A stretch of DNA of 64,000 nucleotides. Origin: Eledone cirrhosa. Its lineage: Eukaryota. The stretch covers positions 376,960,001 through 377,024,000 of the forward strand of contig OZ024741.1 in the NCBI GenBank assembly GCA_964016885.1, in the 5' to 3' direction. Positions 1 through 14,448 of the stretch are shown one piece after another. The notes under the pieces are model-generated. The model was not told the DNA's origin, ran no database searches, and worked only from the letters and a program-made list of their open reading frames with translations. The stretch's first letter is position 1. Every line of letters starts with the position of its first letter. The position numbers and the translations under genes were made by a program.

Positions 1-57
1 CTTATGCGCATGCGCGTTCGTACGGTTGTCCTTCCTGTTCCTATAACCATACACATC

Positions 58-97
58 CCGAGCTGAAGATCCGCGAAGGTGAAACAATTGTTCTCGG
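58..97 (+). ncRNA. Type I hammerhead ribozyme (minimal, palindromic stem III)
   Basis: ccgag-CTGAAGA-t-cc-gcgaa-gg-t-GAAAC-aatt-GTT-ctcgg; stem I ccgag/ctcgg extended by accatac/gtatggt; CAATTG palindrome. Confidence 0.8.
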
Positions 98-195
98 TAT
101 GGTGAACTAACTGTTGTGTAACCACTTCTACCTAACTCTTCCCTTCGACTGATTGCTCTACCACGACGGATATTACCTTCCAGTGTTCCACCACT

Positions 196-196
<1 letters not shown>

Positions 197-270
<74 letters not shown>
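197..270. repeat. (TA)n microsatellite, representative of dozens of long (TA)n/(CA)n tracts across the window
   Basis: Direct reading; other large tracts e.g. 14220-14445, 15907-16130, 16672-17101, 18550-18730, 33455-33623, 42104-42375, 43740-43940, 55247-55748. Confidence 0.98.
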
Positions 271-275
<5 letters not shown>

Positions 276-505
276 ACAAAATAAGATGCTGAGGTTACAT
301 ATATCGTTTAATCATAATAATTATTTCCACGGTTCTCCATGCAATCGAAATGTCCTTCATGAATTTGCTATTGATTATGTGAACGGTACCCTCGGATGGA
401 AATCGATATGTTTGATATGTCGCTGGCAGGAAAAAACACATGTACTAATGCCTGTGTGCCCTGCATGTAGAGACATGTAACGTCAGCATCTTATTTCGTT
501 ATTTT
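271..505. mobile_element. Small element with ~30 bp terminal inverted repeats (MITE-like or foldback remnant)
   Basis: aaataacaaaataagatgctgaggttacat (271-300) is near-complementary to atgtaacgtcagcatcttatttcgttattt (475-504); no ORF. Confidence 0.5.
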
Positions 506-563
506 TATAACATTCTTAATCGTAACTAAAAACAACGATTGTCCTAACAACAACCTTGTCCGA

Positions 564-598
<35 letters not shown>

Positions 599-650
599 AA
601 ATAAAATAAAATAAATAAGTCAAATGTTTAAAATTTGGCTTCGTTTATTA

Positions 651-703
651 CTGCTATATATATTTCGGTGACAGCCATCTTTGGTTGTCACCTCTTCAGG
701 CAG
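651..703 (-). ncRNA. Type I HHR in 3' pLTR
   Basis: Reverse complement: ctgc-CTGAAGA-ggtgacaacc-aaagat-ggctgtcacc-GAAA-tatata-TA-gcag. Confidence 0.85.
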
Positions 704-2021
704 TCCTAATTAGTGTGGTAGAGACGAGTACACATGTTGTTGAGGTGTATAAATTTGTCAATACTCTGATATGCCCAGTTCCTGGTTGTGTTGTTATTTC
801 TCTGAGGAACTGGAATCATATGAATTCAAACAAACGAATTTCAGCGTCAAAGGGCCTCTTCTCCTTTCATTGGTCAGTTGTTAGAACATTCCCCAGTCAA
901 AAGTCTATAGAAATTCGTTCTGAGGCAAGCCAATCTGTAGTTGTTGTTCTTGTTATTGTTAGGTACACCTGACCTCTATTCTTGTGTTGGTAGTGGTGTT
1001 ATTGTTGGAGTCAGCTAAAAAAAAAAAGTGATAAAGTGGTAGAGCGAATAAGATGGTAAAGGGACAAACTAAAATAAAATAATCGAATAAAATGTGTGTG
1101 TGTGTTATACCCATCTCAATGTTATAAAGATTTGTAAGGTCAAACTTCCCATTGGTCAGTTTTGAGAGCATTCCTCAGTCCAAAGTCAATAGAAATTATT
1201 TCTGGGGTGAGGCTCCCTGTAGTGTTTGTGTTTGCTATTGTTAAGTACATCAGACCTCTACCCTTATTTTGGTAGTGTTGTTTGTGTTGTGGTCAGCTTA
1301 TGTCTTGCTGCTGCTGACAATTTAGAAGTATCTGTATGTGTGTTTCTTCACCCCTCCTTCCACCATCTCTGGTGGTGGTGGTGGTGGTGGTGAAGAAATA
1401 GAAGGAAATAAAATGAAGTAAACAGAAAATAAATAATAGATAGAGAATAAATGAATGAAAAGGTAATGAAAAATTAATGAAAAGTGAATATGGAAAATGA
1501 AAAATGAAAATGAAAAGTGAAAAATAAAATGAAGATTCGAATAAAATAAGATAAAATGTGTGTGTGCTACAACCAATCTCAAGGTCAGAAATATGTTGGA
1601 TAGATTGGTAGGAGGAAAAAGATGGTTAAAGAATAAAACGAAATAGGATAACCAAATAAAATGTGTGTGTGTTATAACCAATCTCAACTTAAATATAAAT
1701 ATAAGGTGATAAAGTGAAGAAAACAGAAAACAAATAACAAATGTATAATGAGAAATCAAAATTGAAAAATCAAAAATCAGGTAAATTAAAATGTGTGTAT
1801 GTTATAAAGATGTTGGCCATATTATAAAGGCTGTGTCAGAATCAATCTCTAGGCTATCATGTTGTCTGCTCAGCCTGGGTTGGTCCCTATGGCTTGAATG
1901 GAGTTACCAAACTATGGTGTTGTTACTGCCCATATAGCTTGAGGGAGGTTTGGCCGGGAGGTGTCTACATGTTCTGGAGAAGTCCCTATAGCTTGAGAGG
2001 AGACCGCATCTTATTGTGTAG

Positions 2022-4620
2022 CTACTGTCCATATATCTTGAGGAAGGTCCCGGCCCTGAGGTGTCTGCATGTCCCGAAGAAGTCGATTCTGAGGTTTATC
2101 AGGCCGCTTCCACCTCTTATTATCTCGAGAGTCTCGTTCAGACATAGTTTGAATATGCAAGATCCCCCTTTATCGGGTGGTACTTTCCTGATTATGGACC
2201 AGGCCAGAGAGTACGGGGTCCTGTCCAACTTAAGCTTACAGATCAGGTCGGAGAGAGCCTTACTTTTCCTTTTGGCCTCCTTATTGAAGGAATGGCGATG
2301 GTTATACCAGCGGTCTTTAAAGTTTGTTGATATGGCTCCTATGCAGAGGTGTTCGGGGTTGGGGTTTTAACCCTACAACCGTATACTAGGTTCTTCTTAA
2401 GGCATTCATTACCAAGGGGGCATTATTCGTGGTTTCTGCAGTTGCATAGGGTGGTCGACCTCTGCGTGCCTAGATTGAGGTTCCCGTTAGGTGTTATATG
2501 GTGATCTTCCTCCAGGCCCGGTGGGGGGACCCCGGGTCTGTTTGGGTTTCTTGGGTGGGCACTGAGTCCCCCCTTCCCTCCTTTCACATGGTTCTGCTGA
2601 GTGCTTGTATTGCCATCTTCTGGTTGTGTGTGGTTTTTAAGCCTACTCCTGTTGATTTTAGCTATGTGTTGGGCTAGATATCTCGTGGTGGAATACAATG
2701 TGTCTGTTGAAGATCTTGTGGTATCTATGGTTCCTCGGGAAGCATTTATCAAGTACTCCAAACAATGATCGGGCCAAGCTGTTCTTTAGGGGCGCTGAGT
2801 AGGGTGGGTTGTATCACGTTATTTTTCTGTCTCCTATATGTGTGGGTCGGCGGCGTCGTGATTTGTTGGAGATTTGTTGGGTTGCTGGTGGTTCCCGCAT
2901 TGTTGCTTCCCCTTTGGGCGCTATGCGTTTTGCTATATTCACGGCCCGAATCTGTGGGGTTGTCGTTGCCCGCGCTGGGTGATCTACCAAGTGGTGGTCC
3001 CCCCCACGTGTCCTCCAGTTGGGTCATCGGGCCCGGGGTGGTTAGCATCACCCCTGAGACTGCTACTCATATTGGGTTCCATCTCATGGTTAAGCGTACT
3101 CGTCACCAACGCCCGTGTGGTGGTGTCGGGCTCATGGTGCCTATTTGTTTTTGTACTGCCTGTATTGTTAGGGTTCACCCCTCCCCGTGCAACGCCGATG
3201 TGGGTGTCCGTTGGGCCATCCCCATCCCTGCGTTTCGGACTGTATGTTATATTTTGTCCATGTGCCGCCTTATTTAGAGCTGCGTTGTAATATTCCGCGT
3301 TGTTATGAAATATTTCCTTACTTGCGGACAGGCTGGAGATCCTCACCCAGGCACTCTTCACCACGGCCTTGGTTATGGATCTAGGGTGATTTGACTTGGC
3401 GTTAACATACACGAGTTTCTCGTTGGGCTTGTGGTAGGGGTAGTATTGTTCGGTGTTCAGGTTTAGGCTGGTGTCTAGGAAGTTAACTACCTTTCTATTT
3501 GGGTCTAGTTCTATACTGAGCCCCTGGTTCTTAAAGAACTGGCGAAAACGCCTCCCCCTTCCCTCCAACATATTGGTGCTGTGGTCATATACTGTAAAGA
3601 GAGCATCGTCACGATATAATATGCCGCCCAGGCAGGGGATTTCATCTTTTATCTGCTTCAGCAGGAAGAGCCCAACCAAGTCCGTTACCTGTGCTGAGTC
3701 GCTGGAGCCCATCGTGATGTCAAAGTTATTTGGCCAATCACTCCTGGTCCAAAGGTCTCCATCGAAACGGATTAAGGGCTTTGTTGCGGCGTGGATGATG
3801 CTCACCTCCTCTCGGGTTAGGTCCGTGTTGGACATCGCTAAAAATAGGGCCTTATTGACTACTATGGGTGAGATTGAGGAGTAGTAGCCTGCGATATCCA
3901 GTTGTATAAAGCTCGTCTTACTTTTTTCATGTAGTGTCTTAAACCATTATATTACCGCTTCCGCGCATGACGATTGCTGTAATTTAGTTTTCTTCCGAAG
4001 CTTGGGCAAAATCCTATCTAGTATTCTTTTACTGACGATCCCTAGATCAGATCTGGAGGGGGCTATTAGTCTGACAGGGAGGTAGGACTCAAAGTTTGGC
4101 TTGTGATCTTTCAGGGTAATCCGCGGCTCCCTTGGTTGGTATGGGGCCGTCCTGTCCTCTATGCCGAGTCCAGATATAATCCTGTAAGCTGTGGCATTGA
4201 TCTCATCCAGGGTACATCCAGGTGTTTTTTTGTAGCACTTTCTCAGTTCCCTGAGAATTAGGTTATTATACAGTTCAGTGTTCATGTTGTAGAGGTTGTT
4301 GGTTTTGTCAGCATTGACAAGTATTCCAGTTGTCTCTTTAAGTACTGTAATCCAGTTTCTTAGGTGTCTGGGGTACTCCTGACTTCTGGTTGGGTTTCCG
4401 GAGAATTTGAGGTTGGATATGATGTTAATCATCTCGTTTTCAAACTCATCCATTAGTCTGTTGTGGAGTGGATTCCTCATTGATCGAAAAAGGTACTCCA
4501 TGTGTTGTGTGTTGGTAATTTGTTGCGTTCCTCTTTCGAAGTGGAACGCCTTCCATCTCATCCTACGGACGAAGAGATCCGTACTCTTAATGAAATCACT
4601 GGTGTATTCTCGTTTATCAC
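2022..4620 (-). pseudogene. PLE RT/GIY-YIG polyprotein, disrupted by stops/frameshifts
   Basis: Motifs FVRRMRWKAFHF, ADKTNNLY, ITLKDHKPNF, FDITMGSSDSAQVTDLVGLFLL, LYRDD, VNFLDTSLNL, YHKPNEKLVYVNAKSNHP, CNCR..CPL, LCLNE..FFGTCRH. Confidence 0.9.
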
Positions 4621-4943
4621 ATTTCTTTTGATCTGACTCCAACAATAACACCACTACCAACACGAGAATAGAGGTCAGATGTACCTAACAATAACAAGAA
4701 CAACAACTATAGATTGGCTTGCCTCAGAACGAATTTCTATAGACTTTTGACTGAGGAATGTTCTAACAACTTACCAATGAGAGAAGAAGAGGCCCTTTGA
4801 CGCTGAAATTCGTTTGTTGGAATTCATATGATTCCAGTTCCTCAGTGAAATAACAACCCAACCAGGAACTGGGCATATCAGAGTATTGACAAAGTTATAC
4901 ATCTCAACAACATGTGTACTCGTATCTACCACACTAATTCGAA

Positions 4944-4996
4944 CTGCCTGAAGAGGTCACAGCCAAAGATGGCTGTCACCGAAATATATATAGCAG
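4944..4996 (+). ncRNA. Type I HHR in inverted 5' pLTR
   Basis: ctgc-CTGAAGA-ggtcacagcc-aaagat-ggctgtcacc-GAAA-tatata-TA-gcag; inverted copy of 651-703. Confidence 0.85.
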
Positions 4997-5182
4997 CAAT
5001 AAACAAAGCCAAATTTTAAAGATTTGACTTATTTATTTCATTTTATTTTACATTACTCCGGTGTAGCCAAACCAACCAGCGCATTTCGTCGAGTGCTCCA
5101 ATCTGCATACTGAGGTATTGGTATACAACCAACATATACTACAAAAAAAAATATATATATATATACATTGAATATAGAAATG

Positions 5183-5232
5183 GCTTCTACAGGAATATAA
5201 CTGTTTCATTCAAAGAAAATCATCAGGAAAGC
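5183..5232 (-). ncRNA. Type I HHR within a small foldback (5174-5287)
   Basis: Reverse complement: ttc-CTGATGA-ttttctttgaat-GAAACAG-ttatattc-CTGTA-gaa; 4-bp stem III, GUA triplet; decayed relatives at 22347-22395 and 34110-34151. Confidence 0.7.
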
Positions 5233-5383
5233 CCCAATTATTTACTTCGAATAAAACAGTTCTATTCCTGTAGAAGTCATTTCTATAGAAAACAAATATA
5301 TTCTCCTATTTATTGCGTACCTCACGTGCTGTGATTATCCCCGATTGAACCAGGATACACACAGACACATATATTTACACATG

Positions 5384-5543
<160 letters not shown>

Positions 5544-5552
5544 TTTAATATA

Positions 5553-5850
5553 TCTGGGAGAGTCATGCTACCAATAAAAACACGTGCATATACCTACTCC
5601 GTCCCTCAGTACATCTTATACTAAATACGACGGTCTTAGTTTTGCAGTCAATTTGGGGTTCAAGCTTGCAGACTATGCATTTCCTATCAGCGGAGCGGGA
5701 TCTTTTAAATGGAAATGTTTTGCTAATTAGGGTCTTTTATGGGAATACCTGGTCTTTCAACTATCTTAATATTAAATTTCAGCTTCTCTAGGGCCCTTCT
5801 ATATCTGTAAGCTTGTTCGCTTCTAGAGGTTTCATTGACGAACAAGATAC
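5553..5850 (-). mobile_element. Decayed PLE fragment related to the 43980-46300 element
   Basis: 5555-5585 resembles pLTR end at 43981; 5615-5845 aligns by eye to 44670-44895 (RT-EN linker). Confidence 0.7.
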
Positions 5851-6009
5851 TATTGTTAGCCTGCCTGATGTTCCGCTAAATATTTTGTGTACACATGATG
5901 TTCCTTTGGGGCATAAGATGGAAATTCTACCTTCTTTTTCTGCACACTGAGCAGGGTCATTTCACCTAGGGTATTCATGCTCTGCTTTCTTTTCTATTTA
6001 CTAGAAATT

Positions 6010-6480
6010 TAGTCGTTGCAAAGTGACTTTAAGACCTTTTGACTCTAGGACATGCTTCCAGGTTTGGAATTTCTTCTCTAAATCAGCTAATATTCAGCTT
6101 TAAATCTTAGGTCATCTGCATACAGGATTTCCCATAGGCACACAATCTAACACTAGTCCTTTAGAGCCTGCAGTACGGTAATTACCAGGAAAGGGCTAAG
6201 AACTGAGCCCCGAAGGACACCAATATTCACGCTAAATTCTTCGCTAATTCATTGTTAATTCTGACCTTGCTGACTTTTCTTCTATACATGTTTTTTACTG
6301 GCATTACAAGTCACCCGTCTACTCCTAGTTTTCATGGGGCTCACCATATATTGGATTAGGGGACTAATCACAAAAGCCTAGTAGGAATGTTTCACTTTAG
6401 CTAAGTATTTCTCCTGGCGTTGCTTTACAAGGAAGAAGGCATCTGTAGTAATTTTACCCGGCACAATCCTTATATATTTA
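6010..6480 (-). mobile_element. Decayed non-LTR RT fragment (RTE/CR1-like)
   Basis: Minus-strand VNIGVLRGSVLSP (GVxQGS-like) near 6195-6230 and LYADD near 6110-6126. Confidence 0.65.
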
Positions 6481-6893
6481 GCTGTATACCTATAGATGTA
6501 TGTATTTGTATATCTAGCAACATACGGTATGTTTACGAATAATTATTTGAAAGCCTTTAGCTATGAATCATGGAATATACAGAAATATCGAAGCTAACAC
6601 CGTAATTCTATTTTAGGCTGAGCACGCCGTCAGCTGAATATGCAAATGAGGTCTATCAGCCCATGTACTTAGGCATAAAGAGTATATGGTTTCGTACTAT
6701 AGTGGATTCCAGCAGAAAGCAGGGGGAGCGCTCTTTTAATGACAACCGAAGTCAGCAACAGATTACCCAGTCCTTCTTTTGCTGGAATTCACCTGTTGGT
6801 GCTACCAATCAGCTTACAAATGTGTATTAGTAAACATACCGTATGTCGCTAGACACACAAATACACGCACACACACATTTATACATGCATACA

Positions 6894-6951
<58 letters not shown>

Positions 6952-7362
6952 TGTGTGTGTGTGTGTGCGTGTGTGTATGTGTATGTGTGTATGTGTGTGT
7001 ATGTGTGTGTGTGTGCGTGTGTGCTCGCATGTGCAGGCGTCTCTAAACATTAATACCCTTACGGTATTCTATAGTAACACTTATTATTAAAATGCTACAT
7101 TTGTAAACACTTTTTAAACCGACACCACTAACTCTACATTGATCATTAATTCACTGGATCATATGAATATAATTTGGCAGACTTTAACTCAGGGCAATTA
7201 TTTAACTGTCCACATTAATAATAAATACACCACCAGCTCAGTAACACCTTTATACAAATTTCGAGTTTACCGTGTGAAATCGTATAATATTTTCTGAAGT
7301 GTACATCGGATAATGTATACTTGCAAATGAATCGAATATCATTATCATTATTATTCGATATC

Positions 7363-7548
7363 GGTGGATTGGCAGTATCGGCAGTGGGTCGGACGCATAG
7401 AGTTACGGCCCTTGCCATTCTGAGTTCAAATCCCGCCGAGGTTAACTTTGCCTTTCATCCTTACAGGGTCGATAAAATAAAGTACCAGTAATGCACTGGG
7501 TAATTGCTGGCCTTGTGCCAAAAAGTAGAAACAATTATCATTATTATT
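7363..7548 (+). mobile_element. tRNA-derived SINE (octopus-type)
   Basis: ggtggattggcagtatcg head, B-box gagttcaaatccc, core tttgcctttcatcc..ggtcgataaaataaagtaccag, (att)n tail; five copies in window. Confidence 0.85.
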
Positions 7549-7549
7549 C

Positions 7550-7741
7550 GTGGATTGGCAGTATCGGTAGAGAGTCGGACGCCATGCTTTAACGCATAGA
7601 GTTATAGCCCTTTCCATTCTGAGTTCAAATCCCGCCAAAGTTAACTTTGCCTTTCAACCTTACGAGGTCGATAAAATATAGTACCAGCAATGTACTGGGT
7701 AATTTGCTGGCCTTGTGCCAAAAGTAGAAACAATTATTATT
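7550..7741 (+). mobile_element. tRNA-derived SINE, tandem second copy
   Basis: Same head/core/tail directly after the first copy. Confidence 0.85.
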
Positions 7742-8049
7742 CGATATAAAACTCATAAATACATTTATGTTACCCGCTATGTCAGAGTGAGAAATCAAAT
7801 TCTAATTTTGTTTTTAATTTTCGGCAAATCTAGCCGTAAAATCGCTCGCTATGCAATTGATGTTAACCAGCCGATGTATACCTTATTATATACTTTCAAC
7901 AGTTACAAAGAGTGGCGGAGAGGTACACTATATTGACGGAGGGGAATAACTCAGAAACATGTTGATTGTTCCTCGATGTTACTGCTAAAACGAACTGATG
8001 ACGTTGTTCAACAAACACATAGAGTAATGAGGCTGTTTGCTTGAATATC

Positions 8050-8239
8050 CGGTGGATTGGCAGTATCGTTAGAGGGTCGGACACCATGCTTTGACGTATA
8101 GAGTTACGGCCCTTGCCATTCTGAGTTCAAATCCCGCCGAGGTTAGCTTTGCCTTTCATCTTTACGGGGTCGATAAAATAATGTAATGTACTGGGTAATT
8201 GCTGGCCGTGTGCCAAAAGTAGAAACAATTATTATTATT
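8050..8239 (+). mobile_element. tRNA-derived SINE
   Basis: Same family; also shares ~60 bp of 3' flank with the 7550 copy. Confidence 0.85.
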
Positions 8240-11200
8240 CCATATAAAACTCATAAATACATTTATGTAAGCCGCCATGTGAGAGCGAGAAATCAAATTC
8301 CATCTATATATATATACATACACACATTTATATATATACAGTGTGTTTGTGAGTGTGTGTGTGTTTTATGTGTATGGTGTTCAGAATATTGTAAATTAAT
8401 ACATAACGGAATATTATATGTTATATAATTTGAAATGGAAGATGAAGAAATGTAATATTTATCTAATACTGCTTATTGATAAACTAGGGCTGGCTTTTGT
8501 CTAATTGAACTAGAAATCAATTACCTGTCATCATTTACAACGTAAACAAAATCGGTATGAAATATATCATTCATTCCATTGAAATTCAATATAGAGTAAA
8601 TATGTTTTTCTGATAAATATTTCGACGAAGACAATGTTAACAAAAATTAGATTTCGCAGTATCTTTACGTTACATAGTAGTTGTAGACAATCAATTTCTT
8701 TAAACAAAATCTAAATAATCCTAATCAAAATGAGTAGTTTACTCCAACCTCACAATGGTCACTATAGTAATCTACTTATATGTTTTAAGACAATATTTTA
8801 TTTAACACATGAGGTTTTGTCAATGATTTTTTTAAATTTTTATAATTGAGTATAACAAACTTGAAGCAACTCTTTGTTTAAGGTTAATAAAAAAGATAAT
8901 ATGCATTTCCTACTAATTGAAAAATACCATATAATATTTCCCTTTATCATTGTTTCGACATGAACATTATTGTTGCTTTAACAAATTAATGTATAAAATA
9001 AATCTATCAAAATATTACTTGGTTTATCTTTATGCTTTTTAGTTAATTACGTATAATATGTACAACATTAAGCGCCTGTCTCTTGTATGTCTAAAGGAAA
9101 TTATGTATACTTGCAAGTAAAATAAAAACGCATTAATGAAATATTTCATTCTAAACATCGATTAGTTTATGAAAATACAATGATCAGAATGTTAAACTAG
9201 TTACATTTATCCCCCCTTCATCTAAAATGTTTAACCTAACATATCTTTCGAATGAACTTCGTGGGAAGAATGTTGGATCTAGACAGAAACTATAGATTTG
9301 ATATTGATAAAGGCATAATTGTGTGATTAACAAGCTTGCATTGCAAGTATGTGATGTCCGTCATATGTATAACTACTGGACGTCATATGTATAACACTGG
9401 ACTTTATATCTGGATTAAAAGTCATATATATAGAAATATACGTTGGTAGCTCAAATATGGGAATTCAACTGAAGTAAGTCCCACGTACGACCACACATTC
9501 CAGTCAAATACTGATGGTGGCATAAATAATATTTTAAAGTACAGAATTTTCATTTAAGGATAAACTATCACTATTTTAGTACTGGGTATCTGCTAGGAAC
9601 ATCTAACGATGGTTATTCTTCCATATTACCTTATGAGCCTCATCAGGTTACACAACTTAAAATATTTTTGGATAATTTGAAGCCTTAACGTGAATTCAAA
9701 TACATGATGAATGTTTTCCCACCTATGATTATTCATCGTGTGTTTATTTTAGAAACAATATCATACGAATTCCTCGCTTTTACTCGAATCATAAGGAGCT
9801 TTAAAAGGACGACAGTAGCTGACCAGTAAATATCTTCTCCTATACGAGACTGAAATCATATTAATCATATTAATAATAATGGCAAGGCCAACAAATCTTT
9901 GGGGAAAGCAAAGGTAATCACACTGTTAAGAAAGCTATAGTAATAGTTTAGAATTCCATTGCTTATGATACAAGTAATATTGGTAAATATTGTATCCCAT
10001 GTGGGTGTAAATGTATCTACATGAAAAATGTAATCTTTCTGTATGTAGTGCAATTACGTCAAATATATGATTGCATTCAACTATTACAATAGTATTAATA
10101 TACTGGTAAAGAAAACATCTAGGAGCTACCGTCATAACTACTTGAATATATCACTTCTAAATACAACTGCAACTAAACGTATTAACATTCTGAAAAACTA
10201 CCTAGCATTTTGCAAGCTATTCAACACTTTTCTATTGTTGAGCAAAGAAATATATATGCACTTTATTTATTCCGCATGAAGTTTAGTGTTGCTTTTGGAA
10301 ACAATTTCATTAGAAATCAATTTTCCGATGTAAATAACATTACATTTGTAACAGTGGTTTAGAGATATATGAGCATCGGACAATGAAAACAATAATTCTT
10401 TCAGAGACATTGTGGATTAGGATGTATAAATAACACTTAAAAGTATTTTCCCGCTTGGCTTTTGTATATGATAAGACATTTCTACATATATTCCTTATTC
10501 CCTTCTAGATCATGTTTGGGATATTAACGCTTTTGATAATCAAACGCTGGTATATATTTCGATGCTTAAAGGAGATATAATTGTTTGTTTATGCATCACT
10601 GCTTCTTGCGCGTGACTTCGAATATATTGTTTACAATGTTATGCTTTCTATTACAACACATTGTCTTTGATATGATATCATAAGTAATAAAAATGACAAT
10701 AGAAAACGGATCCATCGATATATATCTGTTTTTCCTATCCAAACATATTTTAATCACATTCTGGTTTGGTATTAGACAGCAATGTATCATACTTGAAATC
10801 AGATTTAACAGCCGCATATAATAAACATTCTGAACTTCAAATGTGTATGTCACAACATTACAGTACGACAAGAGTACAAAGCTGTATTACATTCAAAATA
10901 CTTGAGCAACTCTGGAAGAAAATATCATTATTTATGCAATCCATTTGCAGCTTTGGACTATATCCACAAGATAACGAGGAAGGCAACAACATGGTTACTT
11001 GTTCTGAGGAAATATTTAAACCAAAGAGGCTTTAATAGAGATAATGTCGTAAGAAACGAAAGAGTACGTTAAATACACTACATTGTAGACAAGATGTAAT
11101 GGTCATTGCTAACACAGCTTTCAGCGTAGGCATATATACTTCTTGAAAGCGCTTAACCTTCACTTTAACTATTTTTTACTAGATAAGTAAACCGTGATAA

Positions 11201-11821
11201 GTTAAGATTTGGGTAATGCTTTATAACCCTTTACCGTTGATAACATTGAGTTTTATCCAGAAAGCTGCATTATGTAGTGTGTAAGACGTTAAGGGCCGAA
11301 TCACTGCCTCATCTGAGAGTTTTAAACCACTATTAGTTTGATTTTATATGGTACTTTCAAATCATTAAACTTTTCTGCATACCATAAATATCTTAAATGT
11401 ATTTTAATAATTGTTTAAGTCTATTAAGTTTTCTAAGAATATTCTTTATCTGTGGCCTTAAAGCATCGGCAATGTCGACTGACCAGAGATACATTGGTAA
11501 TCCTGATAATTACCATAATTATAATGGTCATCGCCACCTAAAGGATAAAAAGAATGAATGCTCTATTTTCCGTTACTGGAAGTAGATAAAATAAATAGAT
11601 GATTCAAATTAAAAGGGAGGTTTATTTCTGAAACAATAAGTGTAAAGGAAGAGCTACCGCTTGACGCAGAATTGTAAAGATATGTACTCTATTGTAAATA
11701 TTTTCCCCAAACTATGGTCATGATACAGAACACATAGAATATATGATCGTGTAGAGAACTACGTTTACAACGGTAACGTTAACCACGATGAAGACTGGGA
11801 CAATGATATAAATAGTTATAT

Positions 11822-11945
11822 TGATAATATCAATGATGATGACGATGGCGATGACGATGATGATCAGGGTGATAATGATGATGGTGATGATGGTGATGAT
11901 GACGTCGACGATAACGATGACAATGCTGCTGCTGAGAATGATGAT
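11822..11945. repeat. Degenerate (GAT)n trinucleotide repeat
   Basis: gatgatgacgatggcgatgacgatgatgat... Confidence 0.85.
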
Positions 11946-12576
11946 CAAAATTGGTGAACATGTAGATGCTTTCGTTATTTTTCGGACACAAAGTATTCGA
12001 ACAATAAAACTTATCTATTTTTAAGCAGGAAACTAATGCTGTATCACAAGTGGCAGGTATCCGATTAATAATTCACGATTTGTGAAATCTCACGAGGTTT
12101 ACCAGCAAATCCTTTCTTTTTGTATTCAGATATATCAGATATTTACAGTTACGCACAATGAAACTTGTAACAATAATTACCTTTTTCTTTATCATAAAGA
12201 CTATTTGCCTTATCGTGACAGAAATGATTGAAGTACACATGTACAGATTCGCCTTTTAGGTAAACTGAATTAATACAGAACTTTCAGTGATTAATCAATG
12301 GATTATTGGATTTTCGGACAATAACTGCTGTTGCAAAAAAATTATGTATGAGTAATACGATTTGTTAGAAAGGAGCAGGCAAATTTAAAAAAAAGTATGC
12401 ACTTCAGATTTGATTACTCTATGTCACAAAGCACCATGATTTTCATGGACATGAAACACTGGAGGTTAATCGATACTCCTTATCTCATATTACAAACAAG
12501 TTTTATTTAAACATTAAAAATAATTTAATAAATGCAGGTATATATATCAAAGCAGAATTAATTGACAAATAAACAA

Positions 12577-12652
<76 letters not shown>

Positions 12653-13735
12653 CACGTGTACACACACACACACACACACACACCACGTGTACACACACAA
12701 TCTCATTCACACATAGACTCACGCATAATATACTGAATACATATATACTCGGCTAAAATCATTTATCAAATAATTGGGGTTATATCCTACTCGTCTTTAT
12801 GTATTCTGATCGAACGCGTACATAATGCATGATTCAGGGGGACCCATTACTGCCAAATCGGTGGTTTTCTTCAGATAATATTTTCTTAGACAGCGCCATG
12901 TCCAAATGCTTTTAAATACGTTGTTTTGCGGAAACTATTTTTCTTTCTAATTTTACAGGGGTTTGTTACTTATTTCCTCAAAGCACTCAGCAACGTTTCT
13001 GTCCTTAGTTGTACAAGCAAATATCTTCTATTAAAAAAAACGATCTTTTACGATAATCAGAACTCTTCCACCATCGCATCAAATAATATATATATATAAT
13101 ATCATTATTGCATTTTTACGAAATATATTGCATATCGTCATTAACTTATCCAGTATTAATATAGGAAGGTCTATTACAAGTCAGTATATATTTATAGTTA
13201 TAATATTATCTTTTAGATCCAAATTGGTCCCTGCAAGTTTATGTATTAGATGTTTCTCTCTTTGAAGGCATAAAATTAATATTGCGATATTCCGTTTACA
13301 ATTCTTCTGACCTCAGAATTAAAGTTTTCTCGGGAATACGCAAGGCCCATTAATGTGATCCACTGCACTTACAACTATTTACAGTTGTAGTATTCAAGAT
13401 ATATGGTTGGTTAAAGTATGCGTGGCTAGCTTTTGATTTCTGACTATAGAAAAGTTTTGGTTAACTTTTATCAGTATTTCATCGTTTGATGTTTAGTTGT
13501 TGATGTTTGTGCAATATTTATTGCAACGTTATAGCAGATGGAATTAGGTGAACGTATATGGTTTGCTTTGATACTGTTTTTCTTTTGTTTGACGCTGCCT
13601 ATTTCCCCATTTCATGCATTTTCATGTTCACGTTGGACCTCGTTCCAATAACGTTTGATTTTTGGTCAATTATTATGTGAATACGCACAAACACACGCAT
13701 ACACACACGTAAACACACACACACGTACACACACA

Positions 13736-13783
<48 letters not shown>

Positions 13784-13962
13784 ATGTAAATTTAGATTAA
13801 ATATCGAGCTAAATTCAAACGTTATTTGTCGTCAAGTAGTATGTGCGGATGTGTGAAAGTGTATATGCGCGCGTGCGAGAGGAAAACAAACACCCACACA
13901 CCCACACACACCCACACACGCCCACACATACCCACACACACAGACGTACGCGCACACACACA

Positions 13963-14057
<95 letters not shown>

Positions 14058-14321
14058 ACACACACACACACACGCACACATATATATGTTAATGGTATCT
14101 TTCGGAGAAGTAATACTCCGAACCCTGAAGCACAATTCATTGAGGTTAATAATGTTCGTGCAGAGGGTAATATAAACAAACTCATGCAATCACAGAAATA
14201 CAGTCTCAATCACATACCCCCAATATATATATATGTACATATATATATATATATATTTATATGTTTATATGTATATATGTGTGTATATATGTATACACAC
14301 ACACACACACACGTATATATA

Positions 14322-14448
<127 letters not shown>

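Larger units (their letters stand above)
598..5050 (-). mobile_element. Penelope-like retroelement (YRDD-type RT + C-terminal GIY-YIG), decayed, flanked by inverted pLTRs
   Basis: ~420 bp inverted repeat 598-1015 vs 4630-5050, each arm with an HHR; internal RT/EN ORF pieces; TA tracts at both ends. Confidence 0.92.

Noticed and set aside
1894-4631. Plus-strand ORFs overlapping PLE 1 (similarly 26992, 45520, 52467, 53179)
   Set aside because: Antisense shadows of retroelement coding sequence with no recognisable motifs.
6702-6792. Short inverted repeat gtggattccagcagaaag / cttttgctggaattcac
   Set aside because: Single imperfect 18-bp stem with no second copy or ribozyme core; insufficient evidence.
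9630-9650. CTGATGA on the minus strand as an HHR
   Set aside because: No stem II followed by GAAA and no stem I/III pairing.
10596-11035. Overlapping 89-91 aa ORFs in the unique region
   Set aside because: No recognisable domain or splice support; length is compatible with chance.
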